A stretch of 32,000 nucleotides of DNA from Microcystis aeruginosa NIES-2549 (GCF_000981785.2 NZ_CP011304.1:1590001-1622000); one strand, 5' to 3'; counted from the stretch's first letter, positions 16,128 through 25,313 are shown. The notes: a model not told the origin generated them from the sequence alone. Translations and numbers: made by a program.

Positions 16128-17552
16128 TTAACAGCGTTTTAACTGTCCTAGGAGCAAAATCACCTCATCGATGCCGTTTCTGAGGGTAGTGGCGGGTTTA
16201 TCGCTGTTATTGACGGTTATGCTAAAGATTAGGGGTTGATTGTCGGCGGTTTCTAGATAACCAGCGAGAGCGGTAACTCCGGTTAAAGTCCCGGTTTTTG
16301 CCTGTAATCGTCCTTCTAGGGGAGTCTGGCGAAATCTATTGGTTAAAGTGCCATCAATGCCGCCAATAGCTAAAGAACGCCGATAATCAGGATTTTCTGC
16401 CATTATTTGTAAAATTTGACCTAAAGTATTCGGTTTAATCAGGTTTTGTCGTGATAGCCCCGAACCATCGCCGATTTTATAACTATCGCTGTTAATTCCC
16501 AGTTTTGTTAAAGTTTCTTGTAATCCCGAGACACCGCCGAGCATTTGTAGTAGGGTTTCCGCTAGTAAATTATCGCTATTTTTATTGACTTTTTCCACCA
16601 AATATGCTAAGGGTTCTGATTCTAAATTGGTGATTTCATCGCCGCGAATTTCTGAGCTAATTTCGGCGGTTTTAACGGTAATTCCCGCTTTTTCAAGGAT
16701 ATTACGCCAGCTATCCAGGAAATATTCCGAGGGTTGGGGAATAGCTAAATTAAAATCATCTTGACTATCAATAGCCAGAGAACCAGTGATAATCAGGCGA
16801 TTATTGGCTAAATTGCCCTTAATTGCCAGAGTATTCGGGCTTCCTTGCCCTGCGGTGCTGGTTTGATTCTCAATTAGCCATTGTTTAGCGGCAATGGGAT
16901 CGGACCATTGTAAATCTAAGCTTTGCCCCAATTGTCGCGGTAAAAGCCTTAAAGTGACGGAATTTTCGTTTAAAACCAAGCTAGAAGCACTAACTCCATA
17001 GTCAAAAAAGACATCTTCCCATTCCCAGGTTTTTTGACTATCGGAGACGACAAAAGGACTAGCAACGACAATTAAGCGAGAAATTGAGTTAATTCCCCCT
17101 GCTTTTAACTTTTCTGCTAATTTTTCTAACTTTTCTGTGGTTATGGTTGCATCTCCCCTCCCGACTAAGGTTAAAGTTTCTAAATCGGGGGGGTTGCCTT
17201 GGGCTAAAATGGGGGTTTTCAGACGATAATCGCGGTTAAATTTGCTAAAAGCGGCGGCAGTGGTTAATAATTTCGCAGTAGAAGCGGGAGTAAAAAAGTT
17301 ATTTTCGTGGAGACTATAGAGATTTTCCTGAGAATTAAGGGATTTTACTAAAATTCCCCAATAAGCGCCTTGATAATCGGGGCGGGCCAAAATGCGATCG
17401 ATCTCGGTGGCTAAGTCTGCTGGACAGATAAACTGGGAAGGGGGGGAATTGTCTTGACTGATGGGGTTTGCGAGGGTGAGGGGATGGTTTACCCAGAGAA
17501 ATAGGGAACAAGTCCCCAAGAGAAAAGATAATTTCGATCGGCGTGTTAGCAT
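16128..17552 (-). CDS. dacB: D-alanyl-D-alanine carboxypeptidase/endopeptidase (PBP4, peptidase S13)
   Basis: 474 aa with an N-terminal signal-like segment, SxxK motif PASTAKLL and KTG motif AKTGTLTG. Confidence 0.8.
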   Translation of the reverse strand: MLTRRSKLSFLLGTCSLFLWVNHPLTLANPISQDNSPPSQFICPADLATEIDRILARPDYQGAYWGILVKSLNSQENLYSLHENNFFTPASTAKLLTTAAAFSKFNRDYRLKTPILAQGNPPDLETLTLVGRGDATITTEKLEKLAEKLKAGGINSISRLIVVASPFVVSDSQKTWEWEDVFFDYGVSASSLVLNENSVTLRLLPRQLGQSLDLQWSDPIAAKQWLIENQTSTAGQGSPNTLAIKGNLANNRLIITGSLAIDSQDDFNLAIPQPSEYFLDSWRNILEKAGITVKTAEISSEIRGDEITNLESEPLAYLVEKVNKNSDNLLAETLLQMLGGVSGLQETLTKLGINSDSYKIGDGSGLSRQNLIKPNTLGQILQIMAENPDYRRSLAIGGIDGTLTNRFRQTPLEGRLQAKTGTLTGVTALAGYLETADNQPLIFSITVNNSDKPATTLRNGIDEVILLLGQLKRC

Positions 17553-17726
17553 AGAATTAAATCTTGGCAGTAGTCAAATTGGCTCTAATTTAGCAGCATT
17601 AGTGACTATATTGTGCTAGTTACTCGATAGATTCAGTTAGGGATTGATCCGAGATATTCGCTCTCCTTTTTGCCCTGAAAGTTTTTTGATTCCGTCAAAT
17701 TTCTATTTATTTGCGAGGATATTTTT

Positions 17727-19079
17727 ATGAGTTATGATTTTGATCTATTCGTGATTGGTGGTGGTTCTGGGGGTATTGCCACCGCTAGACGGGCTGCCGA
17801 ATACGGGGCAAAAGTGGGATTAGCAGAATACGATCGTTTAGGAGGAACCTGTGTTAATCGCGGTTGTATTCCTAAAAAATTAATGGTTTATTCTAGTCGT
17901 TTTCCCCAACTATTTAAGGATGCGGAAGGTTACGGTTGGAGTCCGGTAGAGAGTCAGTTAAATTGGCAAAAATTAATTAGCGCGCTTAATCAGGAAACTA
18001 TCCGTTTAAATGGCATTTATCAAAAGATGCTCGATAATTCTCAAGTGACGCTTTTTCCTAATTATGCCAAGTTTATTGATACCCATACCCTAGAGGTGGG
18101 AGATCAGAAAATTACTGCCGATAAAATTTTAATTGCCGTGGGGGGACATCCCGTTAAACCTGATATTCCGGGGATCGAACATACAGTAGTTTCTGATGCC
18201 ATGTTTCAACTGCCAGAACAACCAAAAAGAATTATAGTTTTAGGGGCGGGATATATTGGGGTAGAATTTGCCGGTATTATGCACGGATTAGGGACGGAAG
18301 TGGTGCAGTTAATCCGTAAAGACAAGATTTTAAGAGGGTTTGATGAGGATATCCGCGATGAGATTCAAGGGGAAATGATCCGTCAGGGAATTAAAATTAT
18401 GCCCGAAACTTTCCCCACTTCGATCGAGAAAACTGAAGAGGGGTTAAAGGTACATATTCAGGGGAAAGAAACCTCAGAAATGCTCTTTGTTGATGCCCTA
18501 GGATTAGCGGCTACTGGAAGAATTCCTAAGCTGGAAAAATTGGGCTTAGAGAATGTCAATGTCGAGGTAAAAAAAGGGGCAATTGTCGTCAACGAGTATA
18601 GCCAAACCAGTGAAGATAATATCTACGCCGTGGGCGATTGTACCGATAAAATTAATTTAACTCCCGTGGCGATTAATGAGGGGCGAGCTTTTGCCGATAC
18701 AGTCTTTGGTAATAAACCCCGGTTAATGAGTTATGAAAACGTTCCTTCGGCAGTATTTTCTACTCCTGAAGCGGCGACGGTGGGATTAACGGAATTGCAA
18801 GCAAAAAAACAATATGGTGACACGGAGATTAAAGTTTATCGGTCTAAATTCCGCCCCGGTTACAATGTTTTACCAGGCCGAGAGGACAAAACTTTGATGA
18901 AATTAGTTGTCCATCAGGAAAGTGGTAAAATCCTTGGGGCGCACATGGTGGGAGATCACGCCGCCGAAATTATTCAAGGAGTAGCCATTGCCGTAAAAAT
19001 GGGGGCGACAAAAGCCGATTTTGATGCCACTGTCGGCATTCATCCCAGTGCTGCCGAGGAATTTGTCACCATGCGTTAA
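17727..19079 (+). CDS. gor: Glutathione-disulfide reductase
   Basis: 450 aa with FAD motif GGGSGGIA, redox-active disulfide GGTCVNRGCIPKK and C-terminal HPSAAEEFVTMR. Confidence 0.85.
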   Translation: MSYDFDLFVIGGGSGGIATARRAAEYGAKVGLAEYDRLGGTCVNRGCIPKKLMVYSSRFPQLFKDAEGYGWSPVESQLNWQKLISALNQETIRLNGIYQKMLDNSQVTLFPNYAKFIDTHTLEVGDQKITADKILIAVGGHPVKPDIPGIEHTVVSDAMFQLPEQPKRIIVLGAGYIGVEFAGIMHGLGTEVVQLIRKDKILRGFDEDIRDEIQGEMIRQGIKIMPETFPTSIEKTEEGLKVHIQGKETSEMLFVDALGLAATGRIPKLEKLGLENVNVEVKKGAIVVNEYSQTSEDNIYAVGDCTDKINLTPVAINEGRAFADTVFGNKPRLMSYENVPSAVFSTPEAATVGLTELQAKKQYGDTEIKVYRSKFRPGYNVLPGREDKTLMKLVVHQESGKILGAHMVGDHAAEIIQGVAIAVKMGATKADFDATVGIHPSAAEEFVTMR

Positions 19080-19091
19080 TCAGCAATTTTA

Positions 19092-19117
19092 GGTGTGTTA
19101 AACCAACCTAACACACC
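19092..19117. terminator. Hairpin between convergent gor (+) and the SPFH gene (-); possible terminator
   Basis: 9-bp stem GGTGTGTTA (19092-19100) / TAACACACC (19109-19117) with an 8-nt loop. The flanking U-tracts are weak on both strands. Confidence 0.4.
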
Positions 19118-19125
19118 AGAGAAAA

Positions 19126-19911
19126 TTAACCTTTTGGGCTATTGACAATTGAGCCATTTTGTGATGTTTTTTCGGTTAATTTTTGAGCGAGATTTAAGAT
19201 ATCAGAGGGGAGCATAATCACGGTACTGGTGTTATTTTCCGCTCCAATTTCCGTTAACATTTGTAGGCGGCGTAATTCCAAGGCGGCGGGGTTTTCCATG
19301 ATTAATTGGGAAGCTTCCGCTAATTTTAAGGAGGCTTCCTGTTCTGCGGCAGCTTTAATCAAACGGGCCCGTTTTTCTCGCAATGCTTCCGCTTCCTTGG
19401 CCATGGCCCGCTGCATACCGGTGGGAATTTCCACATCTTTCATCTCCACCCGTTCGATATCAATGCCCCAGGGTTCGCTAATTTCATCGACAATTTGTTG
19501 GACCGCTTGATTGATTTTGTCCCGTTTTTGCAAGACATCATCGAGATGATTTTGACCGACGACATTTCTTAAAGTGGTCATGGCCGCTTGATAAACGGCC
19601 GCGGGGTAGGATTCGACTTTATTAATCGCTTTGCTAGGGTCGATAATACGATAGTAGAGAACCGCATTAACCTTAATTGTGACATTATCGGCGGTGACAG
19701 TTTCTTGCGGGGCGATATCGACGGTTTTAGTGCGAATATCCAGCTGCATTTTTTGGTCAACTAGGGGAATGATCCAGTACAGTCCGGGACCTTTGGTGTC
19801 TTGATAACGCCCTAGGCGAAAGATAACACCACGCTGGTATTCTCGATCGATTTTAAAGCCATTTAACCCCAGAATGCCCGCTATCAACAGCAAGGGTGCT
19901 AAAAATTCCAT
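19126..19911 (-). CDS. SPFH/band 7 (stomatin/prohibitin-like) membrane protein
   Basis: 261 aa with an N-terminal TM helix followed by SPFH-like sequence (REYQRGVIFRLGR...) and a coiled-coil Ala/Glu-rich C-terminus. Confidence 0.8.
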   Translation of the reverse strand: MEFLAPLLLIAGILGLNGFKIDREYQRGVIFRLGRYQDTKGPGLYWIIPLVDQKMQLDIRTKTVDIAPQETVTADNVTIKVNAVLYYRIIDPSKAINKVESYPAAVYQAAMTTLRNVVGQNHLDDVLQKRDKINQAVQQIVDEISEPWGIDIERVEMKDVEIPTGMQRAMAKEAEALREKRARLIKAAAEQEASLKLAEASQLIMENPAALELRRLQMLTEIGAENNTSTVIMLPSDILNLAQKLTEKTSQNGSIVNSPKG

Positions 19912-20144
19912 ATTAATTACCAGTTATCGGGTTCAAGTTAATCGGTGTGCGGTGACATCTCAATTACAATCTCCTCGCTCCTGACCACTAATACATTCAT
20001 TCTAGACAGTAACCGGGCTGTCGGGGAAACTCATGACGAAATATTACAGATTTTTAGGAATTGCCTAACCAGCAGCGATGACTCGACTTCCAGACCCCGA
20101 CCTGAGATAAACTACAGAATGTTATCAGAATTTACCTTGATATT

Positions 20145-20630
20145 ATGAGCGTAGTTAGCCAAGTCATCCTCAAAGCCGACGACGAACTTCGTTATCCTAG
20201 TAGTGGTGAACTACAGGGTATCGGGCAATTTTTAAAAACCGGTGAGCAGAGAATTCGCATTGCCGAGACTCTCGCTGAAAATGAGAAAAAAATCGTCGAT
20301 CAGGCTCAAAAACAACTGTTCAAGAAACGTCCCGATTATAGAGCGCCGGGGGGTAATGCCTACGGTCAGCGTCAATATAATCAATGCTTGCGCGATTATG
20401 GTTGGTATCTGCGTCTAGTTACCTATGGGGTATTAGCTGGAGATAAAGGACCGATCGAACAAACTGGTCTGATCGGGGTCAAAGAGATGTATAACTCTCT
20501 TAATGTTCCCGTCCCCGGCATGGTGGAGGCGATTCGTTGTCTCAAAGAGGCCGCTTTAGGTCTTTTGACTCAAGAGGATGCTGTGGAAGCAGCCCCCTAC
20601 TTCGACTTTATCATCCAGTATATGTCCTAA
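20145..20630 (+). CDS. apcD: Allophycocyanin alpha-B subunit
   Basis: 161 aa. [23 protein letters not shown]...[15 protein letters not shown]...[22 protein letters not shown] matches ApcD rather than ApcA from memory. The bilin-binding Cys is in the expected context. Confidence 0.85.
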   Translation: MSVVSQVILKADDELRYPSSGELQGIGQFLKTGEQRIRIAETLAENEKKIVDQAQKQLFKKRPDYRAPGGNAYGQRQYNQCLRDYGWYLRLVTYGVLAGDKGPIEQTGLIGVKEMYNSLNVPVPGMVEAIRCLKEAALGLLTQEDAVEAAPYFDFIIQYMS

Positions 20631-20651
20631 GCGATCGGGACAATCCCAGAG

Positions 20652-20710
20652 GCCTGAAGTCTGAAAAGGGGCAAATTTCGTCTCTTTCAGGGTTCAGGCT
20701 TGACTTTTTT
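20652..20710 (+). terminator. Probable intrinsic terminator of apcD
   Basis: Interrupted stem GCCTGAA-gt-CTGAAA (20652-20666) / TTTCAG-gg-TTCAGGC (20685-20699), followed by TTGACTTTTTT. Confidence 0.5.
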
Positions 20711-20740
20711 CAGTGTTGCCAAAGGCACGGCGTAGCCGTC

Positions 20741-21079
20741 CAGTGATCAGTGATCAGTAATCAGTAAACAGTAATCAGGGATAAAGATGAAGATAAATAA
20801 CTAACTAATTATAGCGTTTCTCACACCTGTGTGGCACAGTTAAACCTTTGCTGATTAAGCTTTTCCACATCGATAATGTACGGCTTGCGAACAGGAAATG
20901 CTATAACTTAACACTTACATCTGATCAGGTGATTTCCTCTGAAGAAATTACCAGAGGATCAATTATCTGCTGTCAGAGCTTGGCATTGTTAAACTCTGCC
21001 GAAGGTAAATTTGTTCTCGGAAATCACCTAACTTACATCTGATAACTTACATCTGATCACTGATAACTGATAACTGATT
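20741..21079. repeat. MITE-like element, copy 2: inverted tandem-heptamer arms flanking a ~250-bp core
   Basis: Left arm 20741-20782 is CAGTGAT CAGTGAT CAGTAAT CAGTAAA CAGTAAT CAGGGAT. Right arm 21031-21079 is ACTTACATCTGATA ACTTACATCTGATC ACTGATA ACTGATA ACTGATT. A third ACTTACATCTGATC lies at 20913-20926. Core segments such as GTGTGGCACA...CCTTTGCTGATTAAG resemble copy 1 (GTGAGGCACA...CTTTGCTAATCAAG). Confidence 0.55.
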
Positions 21080-21592
21080 ATGTTTTGGCGTATTATACTA
21101 CTTACCTTTCTGATTCCATCGGTCTATGGGGTGTTTGGCTGGTCGATCGCCCATGAGCGTTTATCATGGAGTGATTGGTTACTTGCCCGTGGTGATGAGA
21201 TGAATTGGACTCTCACTAGCGAATGGCTAGAAATCATCATCTATATCCTAGCGGTAGGGGTTATCCTCTCAATTGCCCTAGGATTAACTCTGTTTAGCGA
21301 CTTAATGCCGCTATTTTTCCGCAGTTGGTTTAAAAACGATATTAGCGCTGTATTATCAATTCTCGGCTGGTCTTTGGCGGTAGTCTTTATCTTCCACAAG
21401 TGGGCGGTATTTAGTCGAGTTTTAATTCTGTTAGCTGCTGCTATACTCGGCCGTCTAGAACTTCAGGAAGCGGGTTACAATAGGTGGCAAGTTTTCCTGA
21501 TGATCACCATCCTCTGCTTAGGTAGTTTTGGCCTGGGAATTTGGGCTTATCATCTTTGGGGTCAGGAATTTCATCAAGTTACTACTGATTAA
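21080..21592 (+). CDS. Hypothetical integral membrane protein (about 5 TM helices)
   Basis: 170-aa ORF, hydrophobic throughout, with no recognisable motif. The ATG directly abuts the repeat arm and no SD is visible, so the start is uncertain. Confidence 0.55.
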   Translation: MFWRIILLTFLIPSVYGVFGWSIAHERLSWSDWLLARGDEMNWTLTSEWLEIIIYILAVGVILSIALGLTLFSDLMPLFFRSWFKNDISAVLSILGWSLAVVFIFHKWAVFSRVLILLAAAILGRLELQEAGYNRWQVFLMITILCLGSFGLGIWAYHLWGQEFHQVTTD

Positions 21593-21616
21593 TCTTATCT
21601 CTAATCTTGAAAAAGT

Positions 21617-22126
21617 ATGCCAAAAAAAAATAACGATACCCTCAAACGAGTCTTAATTGTTTCCTCTGGTTTAGTATTTCTGGCTTTAATGGTGGTGCCA
21701 ACTTTGGGTTTATTGAAAAATAATAATTCTAATTCCCCCCAAGGCAGTCAACCCGGGCAAGAGGCAACGATTCCCCCCGAAAAATTAGCAGAAATGGTTA
21801 AAGGTTACGAGAAAATTCTCGAACGTGAACCGGATAACCCCACTGCTTTGCAAGGACTAGCACAAGCTCGCTTACAGTTAAAAGATTTTATCGGAGCCAG
21901 AGAACCTTTAGAAAAGTTATATCAAAAATATCCCGACAATCTGGAAGTTATGCTAGTTCTTTATGGAACAAGATTACAAACTCAAGATGTTTCTGGGGCC
22001 AAAAATATCCTAGAAAAGTTAGTCAAAAACTATCCCCAAGAACCGAAGTTTAAAGAAGAATTAACTCGCTTAAATCAAGCGATCGCGGCAGCTTCCAAAC
22101 AGCAACCCCCAGAACCTAAAAAGTAA
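21617..22126 (+). CDS. TPR-repeat protein with an N-terminal membrane anchor
   Basis: 169 aa with an N-terminal TM helix (VLIVSSGLVFLALMVVPTLGLL) followed by TPR-like helical repeats (EREPDNPTALQGLAQARLQLKDF...). Confidence 0.65.
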   Translation: MPKKNNDTLKRVLIVSSGLVFLALMVVPTLGLLKNNNSNSPQGSQPGQEATIPPEKLAEMVKGYEKILEREPDNPTALQGLAQARLQLKDFIGAREPLEKLYQKYPDNLEVMLVLYGTRLQTQDVSGAKNILEKLVKNYPQEPKFKEELTRLNQAIAAASKQQPPEPKK

Positions 22127-22282
22127 TGAAAAAAGAATTAATTATCGAAGCTGGGCGAAGGGAAAGACAATATCGAGCATTTTTTATCTCTTGACTTGTT
22201 GCGATTATCGGCATTTTGGGCATCACTGCGGCCATTCTTCGGTAAATTAGCCCTTTTACCTGGTCATGGCGCTGCCCCCTAG
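22126..22282 (+). pseudogene. Decayed remnant of an ABC-2 type (Wzm/KpsM/TagG-like) polysaccharide-export permease gene
   Basis: An ATG overlapping the preceding stop (TAATG) opens MKKELIIEAGRRERQY, like the conserved N-terminus of cyanobacterial ABC-2 permeases, but the frame stops after 22 codons. A shifted frame downstream reads AFWASLRPFFGKL, resembling the IAWALIRPFL motif. The WRDLWRYRELF...RYKQT segment between them is missing. Confidence 0.45.
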
Positions 22283-22457
22283 ACAACTAGAAAGAAACTT
22301 TGCCAATATCATCTAACGCTGACATTAGCTAACTTTGTTAGATAAGAACTTTTTTAAGAATTACGATCAGCCTATAATAATAACTGTAGTCACCCCTATC
22401 CTTTAGGGATAATTCTTGGTTTAGGGTTGATGTCCTTCAGCGCAAGCGAGATTGGTT

Positions 22458-22631
22458 ATGAAAATTAGCGAACTAGAAAACTACTTGGCTCAGGTTAAGT
22501 TAGAGATTGGTGACATCGATATCGTCTATCAATGTCACAACCAGCACTATAGTTGGTTGGACAAAATTAGAAGCCATCAACTGAAAGTGTTAAAAAATAC
22601 CGCTGACACTAAATTATTAATTTCTCTGTAA
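22458..22631 (+). CDS. Small hypothetical ORF (57 aa)
   Basis: ATG-to-TAA ORF (MKISELENYLAQVKLEIGDIDIVYQCHNQHY...) in an otherwise gene-poor stretch. It has no recognisable family and no clear SD. Confidence 0.3.
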   Translation: MKISELENYLAQVKLEIGDIDIVYQCHNQHYSWLDKIRSHQLKVLKNTADTKLLISL

Positions 22632-22693
22632 TAGCCATTTTCTCTTACTAGATGCCAGCCATGCAATCCAGTCTGTCTAATCTGCTTAACAGT

Positions 22694-23854
22694 TTATCTT
22701 TTCTTCACTGTCGATAGGTTCTTAAACCAGCCGCGTCGCCAAAAGAAAATGATTAAACTGAAAGCAACGGTTAGCATCAACACCCAGACGAATACATAGC
22801 CCCAATACCATTCTAATTCGGGCATATTATAGGGGGATTTATCAGTATTAAAGTTCATGCCATAAATACCGACAATGAAGGTGAGCGGGATAAAAATCGT
22901 CGAGATTACCGTTAAAGTTTTCATAATCTCGTTCATTTTATTACTCACGGAAGATAGGTAAAAATCCATTAAACCATTGGCAAATTCCCGGTAATTTTCG
23001 ATAACATCGAGGATTTGTACCACATGGTCATAACAGTCTCTTAGATAGGGTTTAATGGTTATATCGATGACAATGTACTCATCGCGTAGAAGCGCATTGA
23101 GGGTGTCCCTTTGCGGCCAAATTGCTCGTCGCAGGGAGAGTAATTCCTGACGTATTTGGTAAATTTTTGATAAAGTCTGTTCCGTGGGACTAGCTAAAAT
23201 TTCGTTTTCTAACTCCTCGATTCTTTCTCCGTAGGACTCTAAAACAGGAAAATAACCGTCAATAATGGCATCCCAAATCGAGTAGGCTAAATAACCCGAT
23301 TTTTGCTGCCGGATGGAACCTTTATTTAAACGGATTCTTTCCCTAACTCCCTCTAAAGAATCGTATTGTCCTTCTTCCTGCACGGTTAAAACATAATTCT
23401 TCCCGACTATTAAACTGATTTGTTCTAGCAAAAAACCCTGATGATCGATCAGGATGGCCATTGGTACTATAATTAAAATATAATTCTCGCATTCTTCCAC
23501 TTTTGGTCTTTGGGGAATACTGACTATATCCTCAAGGGTTAAGGGATGTAAATGAAAAATTTCTCCCAACTCTTGCAGTTTATCTTCATTACCCAAACCG
23601 ACGATATCAACCCAAGAGATGGAATCATCGGATAAATATTTAAGACAGTCTTGAGGTAAGATATTATTGACTCTAGTGGCTTGTTGGGAGTTATAATTGA
23701 TTAAAAATATCTCGGTAGCAACGGCATTTTCATCGATGGTGATTAACCCCGGCATCGTCCCGGGTTGGTTATAGTGATAATCATAAAGGTGGGGTTTTGT
23801 CTGGGAGGATTTTCGCCCTTTTTTATACCGAGTTAATCTTTTGTTATTGCTCAT
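22694..23854 (-). CDS. corA: CorA-family magnesium/cobalt transporter
   Basis: 386 aa with two C-terminal TM helices and the signature YGMNF between them (VGIYGMNFNT). Confidence 0.88.
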   Translation of the reverse strand: MSNNKRLTRYKKGRKSSQTKPHLYDYHYNQPGTMPGLITIDENAVATEIFLINYNSQQATRVNNILPQDCLKYLSDDSISWVDIVGLGNEDKLQELGEIFHLHPLTLEDIVSIPQRPKVEECENYILIIVPMAILIDHQGFLLEQISLIVGKNYVLTVQEEGQYDSLEGVRERIRLNKGSIRQQKSGYLAYSIWDAIIDGYFPVLESYGERIEELENEILASPTEQTLSKIYQIRQELLSLRRAIWPQRDTLNALLRDEYIVIDITIKPYLRDCYDHVVQILDVIENYREFANGLMDFYLSSVSNKMNEIMKTLTVISTIFIPLTFIVGIYGMNFNTDKSPYNMPELEWYWGYVFVWVLMLTVAFSLIIFFWRRGWFKNLSTVKKR

Positions 23855-23945
23855 AGTTGAGATCGATCGCTGTTGGTCTTTTTCTTAGCATTGATCACTC
23901 AAAAATTCCTCAATTTTTAGCTAACTTTAAGATTGTCCAAGACTG

Positions 23946-25223
23946 TTAAAAAACGAATATTAAACGTAAATGCCAATTATTAGCCGTTTCCCTCTCGATT
24001 TCGATGCGACGGATAAACTCACGAAAATAAAAACGGCGCTCGATTTCCGATAAATCTCGCCAAAATTGCGGAAAAGCAACGGCACGAGCGATAATAGTCA
24101 GGTTATCCGGGGGTAATTGGTCTAAACGTCCTTGAATCTGCGCGATCTCGTTTTTCAGTTTATAGGCCCGTAGATTAGCTGTTTCTCGATCTAAAATTCC
24201 CGCCGCTTCTAGGGAGGGCAATTGCGACAAAATATCGTTTTTTTGCCCTATTTCCTCGCTCATTCCCCGTTTGATCGTCTCTAAATCAGGTAAAGATATC
24301 TGGGCGATCGTCGGCGGTAGGTCTTGACAAATGCGCTCGATTGTGCTGTCGAGAATTTTTTCATAAGCGATCGCCGAACATTTTTTTGTCCGGGGACATT
24401 GCAAAGGTCGCAAATAGAGGTATTCTAGGCCCTTTCCTCGCGCTGTCACTTTGGTAATCGTCATCCCCGATTGACATTGACTACAGACGACTAAACCCGC
24501 TAAGGAACGCGGGGCGCTGGCACTGCGGGGGGGTAATTTGCGATTATTTCTCAGGATGCGATCGATCTGGGCTGCTTCTTCCCGGGAGATAATCGGGGTG
24601 TGGGTATCGGGGATAATATCTTGACCGAGATAGCACAAATCGCCGCGATAAACGGGATTGGTCAGCCATTTATGGGCAGTAGCTACCGATATCTTTTTAC
24701 CGTAGCGTTTTTCTAGATAGCGCACCGTGGAACGCAGGGAAGCAGAAATCAAAAAGCGATCAAAAAAGTCTTTGACTACCGGCGCGGTACTGCGATCGAG
24801 TATATAACGCTCCTTGCCACGACGATAACCGTAGGGTGCTTTTCCGGGGGGAGGTAAAGCTTGCAGACGATTGTGAGCGTGGCCAGCTTTTAAACGATTA
24901 CTTAGTTCGTTTTTTGATATTTCTTGCAGAATCTTGGCAAAATTCAGCTTATAATCTGGGTCTTCTAGGGCAATTATATCTATGTCGAGGGCTTCTAAGG
25001 ATTGTAAAATTTTGCTAACTTCTGTGCCATTGTCTCCCAATTCTGCTAGACGACGCAGGATCAGCAGTCGGGGGGGAGTCCCTTGACAATCGCGGAGCAG
25101 TTGCTGCCGTTGTGAGCGATCGCCAAAATCCTGATACACTTGTTCGGGAGAATAGGCCCAAATGGAGGCATCGGGGGGACTATCGAGCAGGGGATTGGTA
25201 TAGGTGTAGGCGATAATTTTCAT
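23946..25223 (-). CDS. Large serine recombinase family homolog (resolvase-like N-domain with apparently degenerate catalytic motifs, recombinase domain, zinc ribbon)
   Basis: 425 aa. Recombinase-domain motifs are GKAPYGYRRG...HKWLTNPVYRGD, and the Cys pairs are CSQCQS...CPRTKKC. The N-terminus MKIIAYTYTNPLLDS and LLILRRLAELGDN occupy the places of YxRxSxxxQ and LDRLxR. AGGAGG lies 12 nt upstream of the ATG. Confidence 0.7.
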   Translation of the reverse strand: MKIIAYTYTNPLLDSPPDASIWAYSPEQVYQDFGDRSQRQQLLRDCQGTPPRLLILRRLAELGDNGTEVSKILQSLEALDIDIIALEDPDYKLNFAKILQEISKNELSNRLKAGHAHNRLQALPPPGKAPYGYRRGKERYILDRSTAPVVKDFFDRFLISASLRSTVRYLEKRYGKKISVATAHKWLTNPVYRGDLCYLGQDIIPDTHTPIISREEAAQIDRILRNNRKLPPRSASAPRSLAGLVVCSQCQSGMTITKVTARGKGLEYLYLRPLQCPRTKKCSAIAYEKILDSTIERICQDLPPTIAQISLPDLETIKRGMSEEIGQKNDILSQLPSLEAAGILDRETANLRAYKLKNEIAQIQGRLDQLPPDNLTIIARAVAFPQFWRDLSEIERRFYFREFIRRIEIERETANNWHLRLIFVF

Positions 25224-25313
25224 GTTTTGCCAAAATCCTCCTATAGATAATTATCTATCTAAATTGGATCAAGAGGACGGGGGCATCTCACATTTGCAGA
25301 AATACCGAAAATC

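Noticed and set aside
19229-20148. Track ORFs 19229-19510 (+), 19578-19760 (-) and 19945-20148 (+)
   Set aside because: The first two are shadows of the SPFH gene. The third lies in the divergent promoter region and overlaps the apcD start, with no RBS or recognisable family.
20537-21042. Track ORFs 20537-20746 (+) and 20848-21042 (+)
   Set aside because: The first is an alternative frame of apcD running through its terminator. The second lies wholly inside the repeat element core and is more likely non-coding.
23946-25223. The recombinase homolog as the integrase that mobilised the DLP operon
   Set aside because: Its composition is host-like and it carries HIP1 sites, whereas the DLP block does not. 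Its catalytic motifs look degenerate. I found no flanking repeats bracketing the DLP block. Co-mobilisation is therefore unsupported.
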